A program made the position numbers and the translations under genes. The notes under the pieces are model-generated. The model was not told the DNA's origin and did no database searches. It saw nothing but the letters and a program-made list of their open reading frames with translations. Shown here piece by piece: positions 48,956 to 63,900 of a stretch of DNA of 64,000 nucleotides. The stretch lies in assembly GCA_040954595.2 (NCBI GenBank), contig CM082583.2, positions 4,951,374-5,015,373 of the forward strand, in the 5' to 3' direction. This stretch comes from Balanoglossus misakiensis (lineage: Eukaryota; Animalia; Hemichordata). Numbering within the stretch: the stretch's first letter is position 1; every line of letters starts with the position of its first letter.

Positions 48956-51900
48956 TGAACAATAAGATTAATAATAATAGAAATGGAAGAGCTGGTTCAT
49001 CTGTGTGATGTAATAAAATTGATCTTTATCTGCCTGATACCTCATGCATTAAAAGACGGTAGAAATTTTCTGAACTATCTAATGAATAAAACACACACAC
49101 AAAAATCCAAAGACTTAATGGCAAGTAAATTTCAGGTGGCATGAGGACATATGTCAGACTGTATGAGACAAAATGCGAAAAGAAATTTTTTTTTTAGAAT
49201 CATGCGTGTTTCCAATTTCTCATAGAATTGCGGCACTATACCGGTACGTAGCAAAATTAAGTTTCTTTAAAATGTGGTGCCAACAATGAGATTATCATCA
49301 CTTAATTAATTATTTAATCAGTTTAATTGATTCATTGTGCTTAGCCAGACCGCAGACAAATTACCTCAATTATCCCAGCAAGTGCTCAACAGCCACTGAC
49401 AAATTTCACTCGCTGGGAACTTTATTGTCCTCATTGTGCGAATGAAATATAAAACCGGTTCCTCGTTTTATGAGGCTACCTTCATAAATACACGGAACAG
49501 GCTCATCCCTTTGAAAATGCGTATTTTTAACTTTTAAATTTATTTTGAAAACGGAGCAGATGCTTCGACCACCGCTCGTGAGTCCGTCATTAATATTATT
49601 GAGGGTGCGGTGTTGTTTCGCTATTCCCAGTAACATTTTTTACACTGTACGCTGTGCCTGCATAATTTTTTTCTCACAGAACGTAAAATAGATTGTAGCG
49701 CTTTAACCCAATTAAGCATTCAACAATGTGATAACAGGTTCCAATTTAGGGTATTTTTTTTTCCAAGTTTGTGAAAGATCGTAATTTTTTGAGAAGGAGT
49801 GTGGGGTCCCGTACAAAGACCAGAGTGCATTTGATAGTTTTGACAAGTCGTATCAGACGGGTCACCGATAAAAGGCACGGATCACCATAAAACCAGGGCA
49901 GTCGACCAAACAAATGTGAAGTGACATGTCAAATGGTCGTGCCTCTGACTTTCTGCATGAGAAAATGTTTTGTCTGGATTGTTGTGATCTTTGTTTTTTT
50001 TTTTTCAAATTGCCAAAATGGATTTCTTCAGTGTCAAAACAATGACAGTAATTACGGAAGAAGCTCCCCTTGTTTGCATCGGGGTCTCTCCCCTTCCCAA
50101 GAGTCAATATTGTCACATCAGTTTTTTTCAGATTCGCTGTTTTCCGAGATAATTCTTCACGCCGACAGTGAAAGGGACAGATCTTGTCGTTTTAGGTCAA
50201 AATTGCATTTTCTCATAAAATCCTACTCAGAGCATCCTTTAGCTTTTGAAATAATTTTATTCTCTCTTTTGAGGTCTGTCAGAAGGTAGTCAATCATGTT
50301 TTCAAGTTAAACATTAAGTATGTATGTCACCGTCGATTGACAGCATTTTGTTGCAAAGTGAAATCGGTTTCACCATCTTTTCACCTCTTTTTTTTGGAAT
50401 GTTAAAATAATATAATGATGCAATAATGAGTGGAAAATACACGTAGTCGTCATATTCGGATGAAAACGTGAAATAATTTGACAGCTGGATGGAGGACAGA
50501 TTTCCAGGTTGCCAGTAGAGTTGCGACGACAGATGTCAACGACATTTCCAAAAGGGTGGCCAGGTTCGTGAGCGCACAGCCGTGAAGGTTACTGGGTCCC
50601 CACGACCTTGCACAAACTCAATGTCCCTTTTCCGTTTAGTAGTTTACGAGGGGAAAAGTTACTGGTAAAATGGTCTTATTTTTAGAGTTTTGGGGCGCTT
50701 TTGTTTATTCATTGGCTCTTGGAGTAATAATAGAGCCATTGTGAGCTTGATAATTACATGGGTTTTCGTTCAATATCGTGGATATTTGCGACTGTGGCAT
50801 TCATCTTTACATATGCTACATGTATTTCCGTTGATGGTTTCTTAAAAATTAATTTCAGCTCGTTCCGTATTCAACTGTACAGGCTATTTTTGGTGATAGT
50901 TTTCGAAAATAAAATTCATTCTGGCCCACGTGTTGCTTTTCTGCCTGGTTTCCCGTGTCGAATCTGCAAAAAAAGTTGTCTCATGAAGGATTTGTCAAAA
51001 TGCTTGGTTTTACTGGGTAGAGCGTATTGTGTTAAATACCTGGCAGTGTACAGTTGTCCGCTGTATGAAAAGCTTTCTTTATAGGACTACTTAAATTTTC
51101 CCAAATTGGGGCATTTGATGGAATATGCATGTACAGAAATAATTTCTCAAACAGTTGCAGTTTCACAGTTTGTACAATAAGTTACTCTTGATTCATCAAT
51201 GCAAAAGGCACGGTCTGGTCTTGCCTTTTTTTTCATAATCGCCAAACAATTTCCCACCAGAGTTTTGCAAACACGAAAGACTCAGCTCAGTGCTTTTTTC
51301 TCCCCCGGCAAACAAAACGTGCGGTCTTGAGTCAATTTGGTGTGGTCTTTTAGCTAACAGCGTTTTAAACTCTGGAGTGAAATGTTAAAAGGAAAACTAG
51401 TAGTAGTCGGAGATATTGATATTGATATCTTATACCGGTGTTGGCCTTTACTCAGCTTTTTCTCGGCCCAGTCGCGTATGGCTTTGCCTCGTGTTCGCCT
51501 GGATCAAATGTCATTGTAATACAACCATTCAGTTTTTCAGCTGTGTGTAACAGTGTTTAGTTTCACTAAACAAAGCGTGTTTGCTGTAATGGCAAAAAAG
51601 GGGATATGAGCGGAGTGGGTTTTTTTTAACTTTTTAATTTGATCGATTGTGGTTACCGAGAGCACTTGGGGCAAAGAAGAGAGAGATGAAAGTAAAAAAA
51701 AAAATCAAAGGGATTGTAACTTAGCAGTTCTTTACTTTGTAGGTAAAATTAGTTTGTTTTCCGAAACTTTACATTGCACAGTTCCGTGATATTTTCGATT
51801 GTAATGTTGTGTGTTTTGTCGTCAATCATGTGTGATCTACAATATTTCTTTGCGGTTTTCTACCAAACTGCAAGAAATGAATGTTGATGAGACCAGTTTT

Positions 51901-54900
51901 CTCCGTAAGGTTTTTGAGATGTGCAAATTTCTACATGACTGCCACCTTGTGGTGATCGAACTGCATGGTGGGCATGTTGATGCGCCAGAATCGAAAACAA
52001 AAATCTGTGAATGATTCAGTTCAGATCAGCAAATTCCCCCTGCACATCAGCGATGTGATCCCGAGGTTAGGTTTTTATTTATACTGAAATGAAAACTAAG
52101 TGATACGACTTAAAATATCAGGCCTGAAGTTGCGCAAGATGTGATATTTCGCGGCGAGAGCAAAGTGTGACAAAGTGCGCAAATAAACCTTGCCGGGAAC
52201 TGAATCATGGCTTTAGTATTAATGCTGATAATACCCACACCTGAGTGATTTTTGTAGCAGCAATATCAACATTTTTGACCGCAAGGAGGGAGGTGGTGAT
52301 TTAGAGTAAGCACGTGAAGAAGAGTGGGGTTTAAAAAAAAATAAGAACGGTTTGACGGCCACTTTTGCGACAATTTCTGCAAAAAATGTCCACGGCAAAA
52401 GATTTATTCCCAGTCCATATGCCTCTGGAAATTGATGGGTAAATGGAGAAATTTTCCCTTTGTGTCGAAACTGGTGTTAAAAACTGCCCCATTGAAATAT
52501 GATTCCTTTATGAGCACCGGGAAATATGAGCAGCTTTCAAAATGCTACGATTTTATTTTTTGCATTTTTAATTTGTTGCCCCCGGGGCTCGCTTCAGAGG
52601 GCGAAGAATTTGTGCATTTGTGGTTTGACTTGCCCCCGTTTTTGCACGGCGCTCAAGTTGGAAAATAAAATACAAACACTGTTAATGCTTGAACTGCAAA
52701 AACAAAAATGTTTTGACTGGAGTGCAGCCTTGCATTGTCACAGCGAGCTTGTTTCCAAGCCCACGATGCATTTCTCCTGCATCTCAATCTCGGCAGCTCT
52801 CGGCCATTGTCGTTCCTAAGTCATGCGTTTTCTCCTTGCTTTTGGACTCCCAAATCTATGAATCCATTCTCCTTCACTTTCCCAAGCTGGATAAATTCCC
52901 CTTGTAAATAGTGTTGCCTTTCAGTTCGCTGTGTTTGCTTTCCTGATTAAGTTTTTTTTTTCATCATCGCCGATGCATCCTTCTGTGTGAAATTAGTGCT
53001 TTCTTTGGGCACAAAGAAGCCCTTCCCCCTGGAGGAGGTTTGTCTCTCTCTGTACGTGCCCCCAGGCAGTGTCAAAAACCTGCTGTGTTCTTTTGTCATG
53101 AATTAATTTTTTAAAAGAGTATCATGTCATTCTCTCAGTTCACCGTGGATGATATTGGAGTGAAATTGAGTTTTTTGCCCACATCGCTGTCAGTGTGCTT
53201 GGCGTCCGTTTCCTTTTGAATGATTCTGCCTGTTCTCAGCAAATTCAAATTTATACCAGCTCAACAGCTGCCCGACTTCATCAATTTTTAGACATTTTTT
53301 TTCGGTTATGACGTGTTTAGTTTTCATTTCCACTTACATTATTTTTTCGGGGGAAGAAGGGGGGGGGGGGGCATCGGAAGAGGGGAGCGTGACACAAGAT
53401 GGATAACACAAACAGGCAGTGGTGTTGTTGCAAGTTGAATCTTTTCATTCCCACCACCAGTCGATCACCAGAGTTTTCCCACTGCGTGCACAAACTCAAC
53501 ACCAGCTAATAAGAGATATTTGACCCAGCTGACTCGCCCGGGCGCAGTATCGCCAGATAAAAAAAACTTTAAAGAGGAACAGGCCTTCCTGCGCGAAATG
53601 CCAGTGTCACGCCGAGTTAAAATTAGAATTCTTGCCGAATCTCGCACAATTAATAACCGTCCCAGCGCAGACAGCCAGTCTGGAGAGGAAAAACGGAACA
53701 GAGGAATCGGCTCCAGGAGTATCCAGCGGATTCCGGTGAACGTAATTGAATGGTGCTCCCCCTTGAAATTGCAACATAATTTCCGCCTGCAACTGCACTC
53801 TTGGGGGGAAGAAATTGGCCGTATTTGTTGTACTCGGAGACAAATCAGTTCTTTCATTCCGTAAGCCCACGATACAGAGACATATGAATATTAAAAGGTA
53901 TAAGGTAATGGACGAAGAATTAAATTGAGATGCTTTGTACAGACAGGCTCCCCTGATAGAAAAAAACCCACGCTCTGTCCCGATGAGCTCTCGATCTCCA
54001 AGCAGTGATAAAATTTACAAAATGAAATGAATTGATGTTTTTCGATTACTCTGATCAGCGAGAGTGTATTTGCGCTGTGGACGGCTGTCAGTAAACTTTT
54101 GTGACTGACTGACTGAGATGGAGAGGGGCGTCAGAAAAAAATGTTATGAAGCAAACATGGAATATTGCCAAAATTCTGATCACCATGTTGTTGGACAGGG
54201 GTTAGGTCATTTGGATGTTTGCGTCTTATTAGTCGACACTTGCCCTCTTTTTTTTTATACGGCATATGCTGTTTGAACTCTGACCTTTCATAGTAATCTG
54301 GCTACTCATCAAGTTTGCGAGAAACGGGGAAAAAATATTCATATTTGTAAAGGCTGTGATTTCTGCTGCGTCCGGGAGATGACAATTAACATGCTTTCAC
54401 CTCAAAAGACTCGCGGTCTGATTGGCAAGCGCTCGATAGACAGAGCGAGTTGGGCTTCATTCTGCTGTCGAGGTTGCTTCACAATGTCTGAATGAACGGG
54501 GTATTGACTCTGAGGAGAGGCCTCAAAAGACCGCTATTCAAACGAACATGATCTCTTTCATAAAACATGTGGATACAGGTGGGGGATAGACATTAGAGGC
54601 AAACCACAAGAACGTCAATATTGTCACTGCGGGTACATCTCATCGTCGTCTCTCCTCTCACTCTTTTTCATCTCCCTCCGTGTCTCGTTTGTTGTCGTCG
54701 AGCGTGCAGAGCGACGAGCGTGGCGTTTCTTTTTTGTCCTCTTCACACAGAGCGGAGAAAGAATCAATTTTTTTGGTTGAAAATTGATGGAAATTGATTT
54801 GCTGGCTGTTTGAACGGGAAACCACAAAATCGCTGATTCAATTGTGACAGCCAAATACCCTTGGGTGAAACATCATTCCTATTGTGTGCTGACATACGCT

Positions 54901-57900
54901 CATTCCCTTTGAACAGAGTGAATGGAGACACAGTATCTGTCTGTCTGTCTCTCTCTCTCTCGCTCTATTTCTGTCTCCTCTCTCTCCCTTCTCCCTCCCC
55001 ATCTGCCTCTGTGTATATGTCATTTCCCTCCTATAAGCTACCATAAGCTGTTTACAGTGGGTTTCGTCACAAATATTTCTCCCCATATATAACAGCATGC
55101 AAAGATTTCATCGCCTTTTCATCAGTTCTGATGCAAACACGAGCGGAGCATCATATAATCCGGTGCCTCCAATCGCCGATCTGCGCAGCACACGGTGACA
55201 GCAGAAATGGCCCCAGTAGACTAACAGACAGGTGTGTCCTGTAACAAGTGATGGAAGTTGACAAGCTCTGCCCGATGAGTCTTGTAGCTGATACCATCGT
55301 CCGTCACTTTCCCTCTCACATATGCAGGCCATTATGGCGACGTGTAACTGTACCCTCGTATGCATTTGAGAATTTCATAGACTATATCAGTATATGCCTG
55401 TTTTGAATTAAAAGATGAATGATTTCAATTGATCGCTTGCAGTGTCATTGACAACTAGTGGTATCACTGGTTCATCCGGTATCCAGGGACTTGGTTTTCT
55501 CAAATGTCTAGTATGTATATAGGGTTGAAATCATCTTTGGAAAGAAAAATATTTGTCCTGTAGTGTGGCCAAGATGTAAATAACGATTAAAGATTTTAAT
55601 TTTCCTGTAAAGGCAAACAAATTTAAGCAGCCATTTTTCATTCCAAATAGTGACAATATTATACAGTATTTCGGATAAAATATCTCCTCATTCTAAAAAT
55701 TTGACTGATTTCTGTCGTATTGACGACAGGCTTTAAATTGTAAATTGCAGTAGAGCAATTAAGTTATTCAGTAAAGTTTGCAACGTGATTTTCAGAGTAA
55801 CATAGTACTTGTACACTGAGTTCGAGCCAAATAACGAACCAGTTTATGGAAACGTCTGCTTCTATACCCTGTGTTTGTGTGTGTATCTGTGGTCGTTATA
55901 ACTTCATTCATGAAATAGCATAGAGTAAAGATAAATGCATGGCTTCTCTGCTCCTGCTGTTCGTGGTATGTCACCTAGCCGGATTGAATTCGCCCCATCC
56001 CAGCGGTAAATAAGACGGCACTTGGCAGGCCGCCAGAAAATTTTGTTCATTACTTGTGTTTACGTCAAAACAAAACAAAACAGCTCGGATCATGCGAGGA
56101 AAGGACGGTTCGCACATGCTTGATTTTAGACGCTTTGTATTAAAACGGGGAAAAGCACAGTTGAGAAAATTAATCGTAGCAAACAAGACTGTGATCGGAG
56201 TGTAGTGGTGTGAGAGTTTTCGTGGGAGTCGGTGCGTCCTGAGAATCCGCTGAAGAATGGAATGTACATCCCACAGCTGTCGTCTAAATTTTCACTTTTC
56301 ACACTCATCAACTTCCAATCACACACATGCACATACACACACGATCGTCCATGCAATCATCTTTTTTTCATATTCATGATTATTTGTCTGATCGATTTAG
56401 ACCCAGTACATGCAGCATCCCAAAATCACCGGTGGTGGAAAAAAAAGTCTGAAATATTTGACGACGTTTATTTGAATAGCTGTGTATGGATACAGTTGAT
56501 TAAGTTGTAATTAAATGTTAATTGAGCTGTAACTTATATGTTAGAGTATGCAGCTACTGTTGCCAGTTGTCTAATTATTGCAAGAAAGACATCTAAAATA
56601 TGATTGTAATGTAAATCATACTGTGAGAACTTTTGTGTCTTTGCTGAAGTCTGAAGGGAGCTCTGACCAGGGGGATCTTCCCAAAGCAGGAGAAAAGTCA
56701 ACACTTTTCACCGCTTTTTTTAATCTGTTAATGTGAATCATGTTAAGAGATTTTCATTCACTTTTGATAAATATGTACTTAAAAATGACATTTTGCAGTG
56801 GTCATGCTCAGGGCGGTTACCGGTAATACCGGGTAGCCATTGAGGCAAAGTTGACAAAAAAAGAAGAAAGAACTGGGGGTCTGGGAGTTCTACTGAAATA
56901 TCTTGGAAGTTTAATTTATCTCCCATCCATCTATACCTGCCAGAAGTAGGCTGGATATATTATTACTCGCATCCAATCCATTTTTTCCCCGGGATGTGTT
57001 TACAGTCTGTCAGTGCTGCGCGTAAAGGCACATGTCGGCTGGCCGGATCCAATTACCACTATTATAGACGCGGGGCACTGCTGACTATCTGCACTTTAAC
57101 CGCCAACAACCGAGAAAGTGTTGAAAAGTCAAACCAAAGACAAAGGTGACTGCTCCCGGCTTTTACTACTACCGTTCTCGTCCCCTCCTCCCACGTTTAT
57201 GGCTTCATTTGAAGAGAGAGAGAGAAAAGAGGGATGAAAACAGCTTGGCTTGTACGCGATTTTCATGTTCCGATCTCGGGGTTGCGTTTATAGCCCGGGC
57301 TAATTTCTTGTTGCTCTAAGAACGCGCAGATCGGTGCGTTTTACAGCTGGTTTATGGATGTGTACAGTTTTTGAAAGCCGTCACTGAACTGGAATGGCTT
57401 CTCGTAAATTGTGAGAAATTTTTTTTTTTAAACGTGTCAGAGTGGCCTGCGATCGATAGAATGCATGTGAACTGGTTTCACACAGGCATTTTCAGTGGCA
57501 GAATGATATGTAAATCATCGCGCATTTCTTCATTCCTGTCGTTCAGGGCTGTAAAACTGGGCCTTCCAAGTTTGAGACATAAAAACCATAAAACCTGACA
57601 AATATTTTTGCTGGTTTTAGCAGTGGTTAGCATGGTTGGCATTGTTTGATGTCTAATGTGTTGTGCAGTCTGTCAGTCAGTCTGAACAGACCTGTAACAC
57701 CCCCTGAAGAAATATCTCCGTCACCTTGCCCATTGTCATGGAAACACTCAAGTTGTGGGATATGGAAATAACCAAACCCCTGATGATTAATTTTTTTGGA
57801 AAAGTTTCTTTAACAATGTAACATACTGAAAGTCAGTTGCATGAGTCTTGGAGAGATCCCAGCTACATGTACTCCAACACACCAAAGTTGAACAGTTGTA

Positions 57901-60900
57901 TAATTGGCATTGCTACACACCATTACCCCTACCAATACCTGTATTCAGTCATTTCCAAAGTACTACAACCAGTTCATTCATTTGGCAAGTTAAAAGAGAG
58001 AGAGAGAGAGGGAGAACAAAACAAACACACAATCTTTGGTTGCATGGGAATACATGAATTGCTGTGGATTGAATAGGTTTTGAATGGTAACTGTTTAGTC
58101 CTCAGGTGAACCGGTAATTGTGTTGTAAATCAGTGTTTTTTATCATTTTATCATGGTGTGTCTTAAAACTTCAATCATTCATATACTGTAAGAGCTGGTG
58201 GGCGGAAAAATCAGAAAGGTGTATAAAACGGAAAGGAGAAGAATGGGGGAAAACGGTTTCAGTTCTATTGGTACAATTTTAATTTGTTTGTCTTGGGGCG
58301 AAGTGATTGATATATAACGTGACCCTGTTTGATCAGCAGTGTAGTTGCCCACGTGCAGTAGTGGACCCAAGTTCGTGCGGAAACAAGCAATGGGGTCAAA
58401 GATAGCCCCCCCTATCACCCGCCTTGGAGTCAACATATCGTGACATCTCTGGTCACCCGATAACATCGCTACACAGTGGCATTTCCCCCCAGAAACTTCG
58501 AGAGAAAAAAAAGAAAAAACAATTCACAGTTTGTCAGCTGCCGTTAGCCGGTCAAGATTTCTCAAACTGATATTTTGCCGTGCAGTAAATTTGTCTACTT
58601 GATGGCAGCAGACAGAGCATTTATAGACACCGTAAAAAAGGGGGCCAAATATTTTGCCACTCAGCTGCGCTCTAGAAGACCTTGAAGATCAAGGATATTG
58701 GCGACCTCTGAACCCGGAGATCACCCAATAAACTCGTGGATGTGTCTGAGAGCCTGTTGACCAGACACGATTCGAGAGGGGGCTAGCTGTTTTTTTTTTA
58801 TATCTCCAGACAAGTTTGACAAATTTGGGTCTTTATCCGAGGTCAAGCACATTGACAGGAACTTTGACCTCCTTTAAGATGATTGGTCAGTACAGGTGCA
58901 GAACCGACAGCCCTTTAAAAAAACTGTTAAAAGATAATTGCATAAGAAAGTTCAGAGGGGGTCAGCGCATACTTGGGTAGGGTCACTTGAGGACAGGGGT
59001 GTGTATGGGAAACTTGCCCACGTCTCTTGAAAAAAAGGTGGGATGACTTCACGCTCTATAGCTATTGATTTTTTTTTTCAACGGCAATTATCCCCCTGGC
59101 AAAGCTTGCCCAGCCATTGTGTTTGACCACTCAAGGTATTTTTATAGAGGTCTAAATTAAGAGTCCAGACTTCTTCTTTTTTTTCTTCCTCCCATTTTCT
59201 TTCTTCTTTACTTCATCCAGCTGTGCCCCACTGATTTTCTGTCACAAACATCCTGCCATGGAAATGTATCGTGAAAGCCCTGGCTCTGTGCCAGTTCATC
59301 AGAGAGAGAGAGAGATCTGAGAGAGAGAGAGAAAAAAAAGACTCTGTAATGAAAAGAATACTGAACGTGTCACTCTCGGCGATAGCTTGTTCGCTTGCTG
59401 TGAAATTTACACTTTGACAGGAGTAGGTGCAGTGTACAGTGTTTAAGTGTCCATAAAGGGAATGGACATAGGCTGTTGACATTGTCGTCACCTACGGTAA
59501 CCGCCTTGTCAACACAGCGAATATCCTGAAAGTCAAACCTGGGTGACACATAACTTCCTTAATTGCCGAAGACCAAGATTTATTGCGGCGTGGAGTGTTT
59601 TCAGAAGTATTTACGTCACAAAAGCGGGCCCTCTACTCTTTTTGCCACTTTTACGTGGCTCATTTTTTTCCTACGAGTCATTCTTCATTATTTTTTTTTC
59701 TTCTCTTTACGGAGCAGAATTGTTGCAATGATTAACGAGCTGGTTTGAGCAGCCAGGCATGGAGCTGTACACACATTTGAAGCAGTTACAGACAGATTGC
59801 TTTGGGTTTGGCTGTCAAAGAGAGAGAGGAGGCAGCCATCCCCCTCGTGGGGTTTCAACAAAGTCCGAAAAAAAAAGTCGTGTTTGCCTTTCCACTTGAC
59901 ACTTGGCCCAACACGAGGTATTATCCGCTATAATTGATGACCTCCCGTGTAGCCAGCGAGCCCTGTTTATGTTTAGGGGTGTTATGGGGCACTTGGTCCA
60001 TTGTATCCTGCTGCCCTTGAGGTCAAGGGACTATTTTTCTTCCCCCCGACTCGAGCGTCAAAAGCTTGTTTTCGCAAATTCCTGAGCGCCGAGCAGTTCC
60101 CATGCATTTCGATAACGACTGGCGCTCATCCGATGCCGGAAAAATTCATGCTCCGTGCATGAAGGCATTTCTGCGCGACGCCACTTTGTCATCAATCACT
60201 TTGATGTGCCCTTTAAGGGGACCATACTCAAATTCATAACTGCCGAGTGTCACATTTGTTGATAGCAAATGCTAAGAAACTGTCAGCCGACATGTGGTAA
60301 AGCGTTTTAAGTGTTCCAAAGATAAATTACCGAGCCAAATTTACTCACAGAGGCCCACCAGCTTCAGCCAGGAGGAATCATGCAGACTTCTGTGTGTGTC
60401 GATCTGCACGGCCTGGCTGAGTGAGGGCGTGTGTGTTCCCTTCCCCCAACACCACTGCCCAGCAAACTGCAATGCAAATGTTAGTGTTTCAAAAACGCTA
60501 ATTTGTAAAACATATCGAGTTTTAAAAGAAGTGCACAAAAATACTCTTTATCCACAAGTATAATTTAATCCCATTTCTTTTTACCTCTTGAGAATGAAAC
60601 TTCGACCGATTTCTTCAAAACTTGATTTGCAAAAGACCCATGAGCTGCAAGCCTCAATAATTTGTTACATCTAAATTTCTAACCATTTCCTCAGATGTTC
60701 TTTGAATTCTACCCATTAAATGATATTGTCACACCAGAATTCGTTTGTGAACAGAATAAACAACAGCCAGAAATTTCTCACCATTTTCAAAAACTTGTCA
60801 TATTAAAAAGAAAACTCAGAACATAATGTCTTAGTGGAGTGCATTCAATTTTATTCTTTCCAATGGTGACACCACGTTGCATTTGTGAAGATTCCAGTGG

Positions 60901-63900
60901 GTACTTTCTTATGCATTATTTGCATGCAGGCGGCCATATTTGAGTGGGACACCCATTAATTACATTTGTTCAAACTTTTACATATACACCACAAAGGAAA
61001 CTTGCATATGTACAGCTCACATGAAATAAGTTCTCATGGACTGATTTCAGTTTGAAAGTAAAATCATGAAAAATAGTCAGTGCTAAAAGTTGCATTGCTT
61101 GTGGGATGAAGTGGGATGTTTGATAATAATAATGGTGCTCCTGGTTTTTTTTAGACTTACAAGCGTTTGTGTCAAATAACAGATGTGCTTAGCCTTTTTA
61201 GTGGATAAACTTGATGAGAAAGTCTTTGTTGTGTAATTACAGGATTTATGAAAAAATGAAGTGTTTGACTGAGTAGCCAGACTGGGCTGCCCAAGTGTAT
61301 ATGTGTGATACTATGGCGTTTACTGAAAGTGGCGCTCACGATAATTGATGTCAAGTGGCCACAGACTCTGACAAAACAAATTTGTTGCCACTAATATCCT
61401 GTCGAGAGATGTCTTGCCAGTTGCTAATCCCTGCGGATTAACGGTTTAATCGCTGCGAGATTAAGATAGGGGATTAGCCTATTAAAGACTGTCTGGACGC
61501 GATAGCGGGCAACGCAGGCATTTATGCGGTCGTATTGCGAGATAATTCAATCCAATTATTATTCCCTCACATGAATTGAAAGGTCTGCGGTGGTTGTTTG
61601 CAGGTGGTGGCTTTGGCAGCCTTTCAATGGTCCTATTGTTTGCTGGCAAATCATACTTATTTGAGAGGTTTTTTTCCCTTTACCCCCGGGTCTTGTGTGC
61701 TTAACCCCCGGCCCGTCGTTGTCGTAAATCAACGCCTTATCGGCCCTTTTCAGCCAAAATCGACAAAAACAAGCCCCGGTCACCTTTGGCACCTTGGTTG
61801 CACAACCTGTGACACCCTGCCTGTGCACGACCATTGTTATCAGGTATTTCCCCATCCTGATCTTTGGCCCCCCCCTTGTCGCTCCTCAAACGTTTCTATA
61901 TGGTGACTCTGGAGTGATTTTGTCTCATTTTTCGCCAGATTTATGAGTGCCGGCGCTGCCCGCTTTAATTTGCGCATACTTGAGTTGCTGCCGATCTGCC
62001 TCGGCCGGCAAGCATTTTCATGGCTTTATGATGACTGCCCTTTTAATAGAACGAGCAAATACTCTGAGACACTGTTAGTATTATGCAGTGTTTGGAAGCC
62101 GGCCCCACTTCTAACCTCACCGACATGCCACGATTTCCACTCTCCGCAAAACCGGCCGAATCAACCGTTGCTATCCAACTTCCGTTAGGAGCAGAATCCA
62201 GAGTTAAAATATTTACTTCTGTAAAAATAACGAAACACACATCAGACGCTTCCAAGTATAAATTTCTGCGCTATTTTTGGAGGCATCAATGGAAACTATC
62301 AAACATTTAATAATCTAATGTCAAGCCAGACACCCGCTTAATATGAAGACCGCATTCACCCCCACCTGTAGATTACAGTCTAGACATTTTTCATCAGAAT
62401 TTGTTTCACTAAACGTCTGCATATTTTTCTTATCAAGCAAAAAAAAATTACTACTGAAATATCATGTTGCTGGCGAGGGTAATCAGGCTTGGAATTCGGT
62501 TTTCTGGGTTCGATAATTTCACCCACGTGAAGGTTTTTTTTTTAACTGGCAGGTGAAAGATGTAATTAGCTCTAGGTATTTCAGTAATTTGTGAAATATA
62601 AATTAAAAAGATAACTCAATGATTGCCGTTTGACAATGAAGTCTTCGAAAGACAAACTATAATTTAATATCAGTATTTTCTTTCTTTTTTTCCTTCATGA
62701 GAAATGATGTCACTATGCAGTAATGCGACATGTTAAATTTTAAAAATTTTGTGTGATTATTAAGTAGGTTTAAGTCAGTGTATTGATCGAGGGATTAATT
62801 ATTACAGAATGTGAGTTAGATGGTTTGTTGGTGTTTGCAGGTTGGAATTAGCCCTCAGTGGGTTGAGTTCAATTTTTAGAGATCATGGTTTTAATTTGAA
62901 GGAGTTTGCATGTTTATTGTCATTGTTAATTAGTTGGCAAACTTAATGAGTATGTGGATTGTAGATTGCAAATTTGTTGTCCGAGATAAACTTGCAAGAC
63001 TACCTCTGTATTAAAAGTTATTGACTCTAAATAATAATATGACATTACTTGTGCCTTACTTTCCCTTCAAGTACAAGCCCCGAGAACCTTGTGAAATCAA
63101 CCAATATCGAGAGGAAAGCTTAGCAAGCACACAATATCAATTAGCCACCAAGCATAGCATATGGAAAAAAATAATAAACGGTTTTAATAGCAGCTTGTAC
63201 AAATCAGCCACTGAGCCATTTGTTAACAAAATGTACCCTAATTACTTTCTTAGAAACAAGGAATTAAGGCAATCACTTGACATCTCTTGCGTGAAAGAAA
63301 TTAACAAACTACACATCGCATACCCTAATTATCTTCTTTATAAACAAGATATTCTGATATTAGGAGACTGGCTTTCCAAGTGAAGGGGAAACAATAACAA
63401 ACCGCAAATCATTTTATTGTCTCCTTCGGATGCGCAGAGTAATTTATGAGACAGTAGTGTGAATGCGGGGAAATTAGCGGCGATTGGTAATTCGGAAAAT
63501 GAGGTTTCAAAATTCAATTCCCAGAAACGGAAAGTCGTATTCTTGGAAATGAAACTGTGAAGGCTCTTTGTGTCTCTGTTAAGTTGTTTCTCTCAGGTCT
63601 TAATTAACATGTGAAAGTTTTGTGACTTATGAGTGAAAGAGTTGGCTAACTGAGTGAGTGACACGTGTGTGCAGGTTTCTGTCGAGGTGAGTTTACCTGG
63701 GCAATGAAGGGAAACACAGTACCATCAAAAAGCAGAGTTCTCCTGTTAGAGCTCTCCCTGGCATATTGATGGTGGAACCCAAGTCTTTCTTAACCCACTG
63801 CAAAAACAGAGATTAATTTTTCCCCGCGACCGTTACTGTTGTTTTTATCAGCAGATTTTATATAACGCTGCCATGCCATCTAAAATCGATGGTTTTACCC

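Noticed and set aside
42100-63400. Numerous 60-130 aa ORFs in the large intron
   Set aside because: No domain motifs, codon bias or in-phase splice sites; expected by chance
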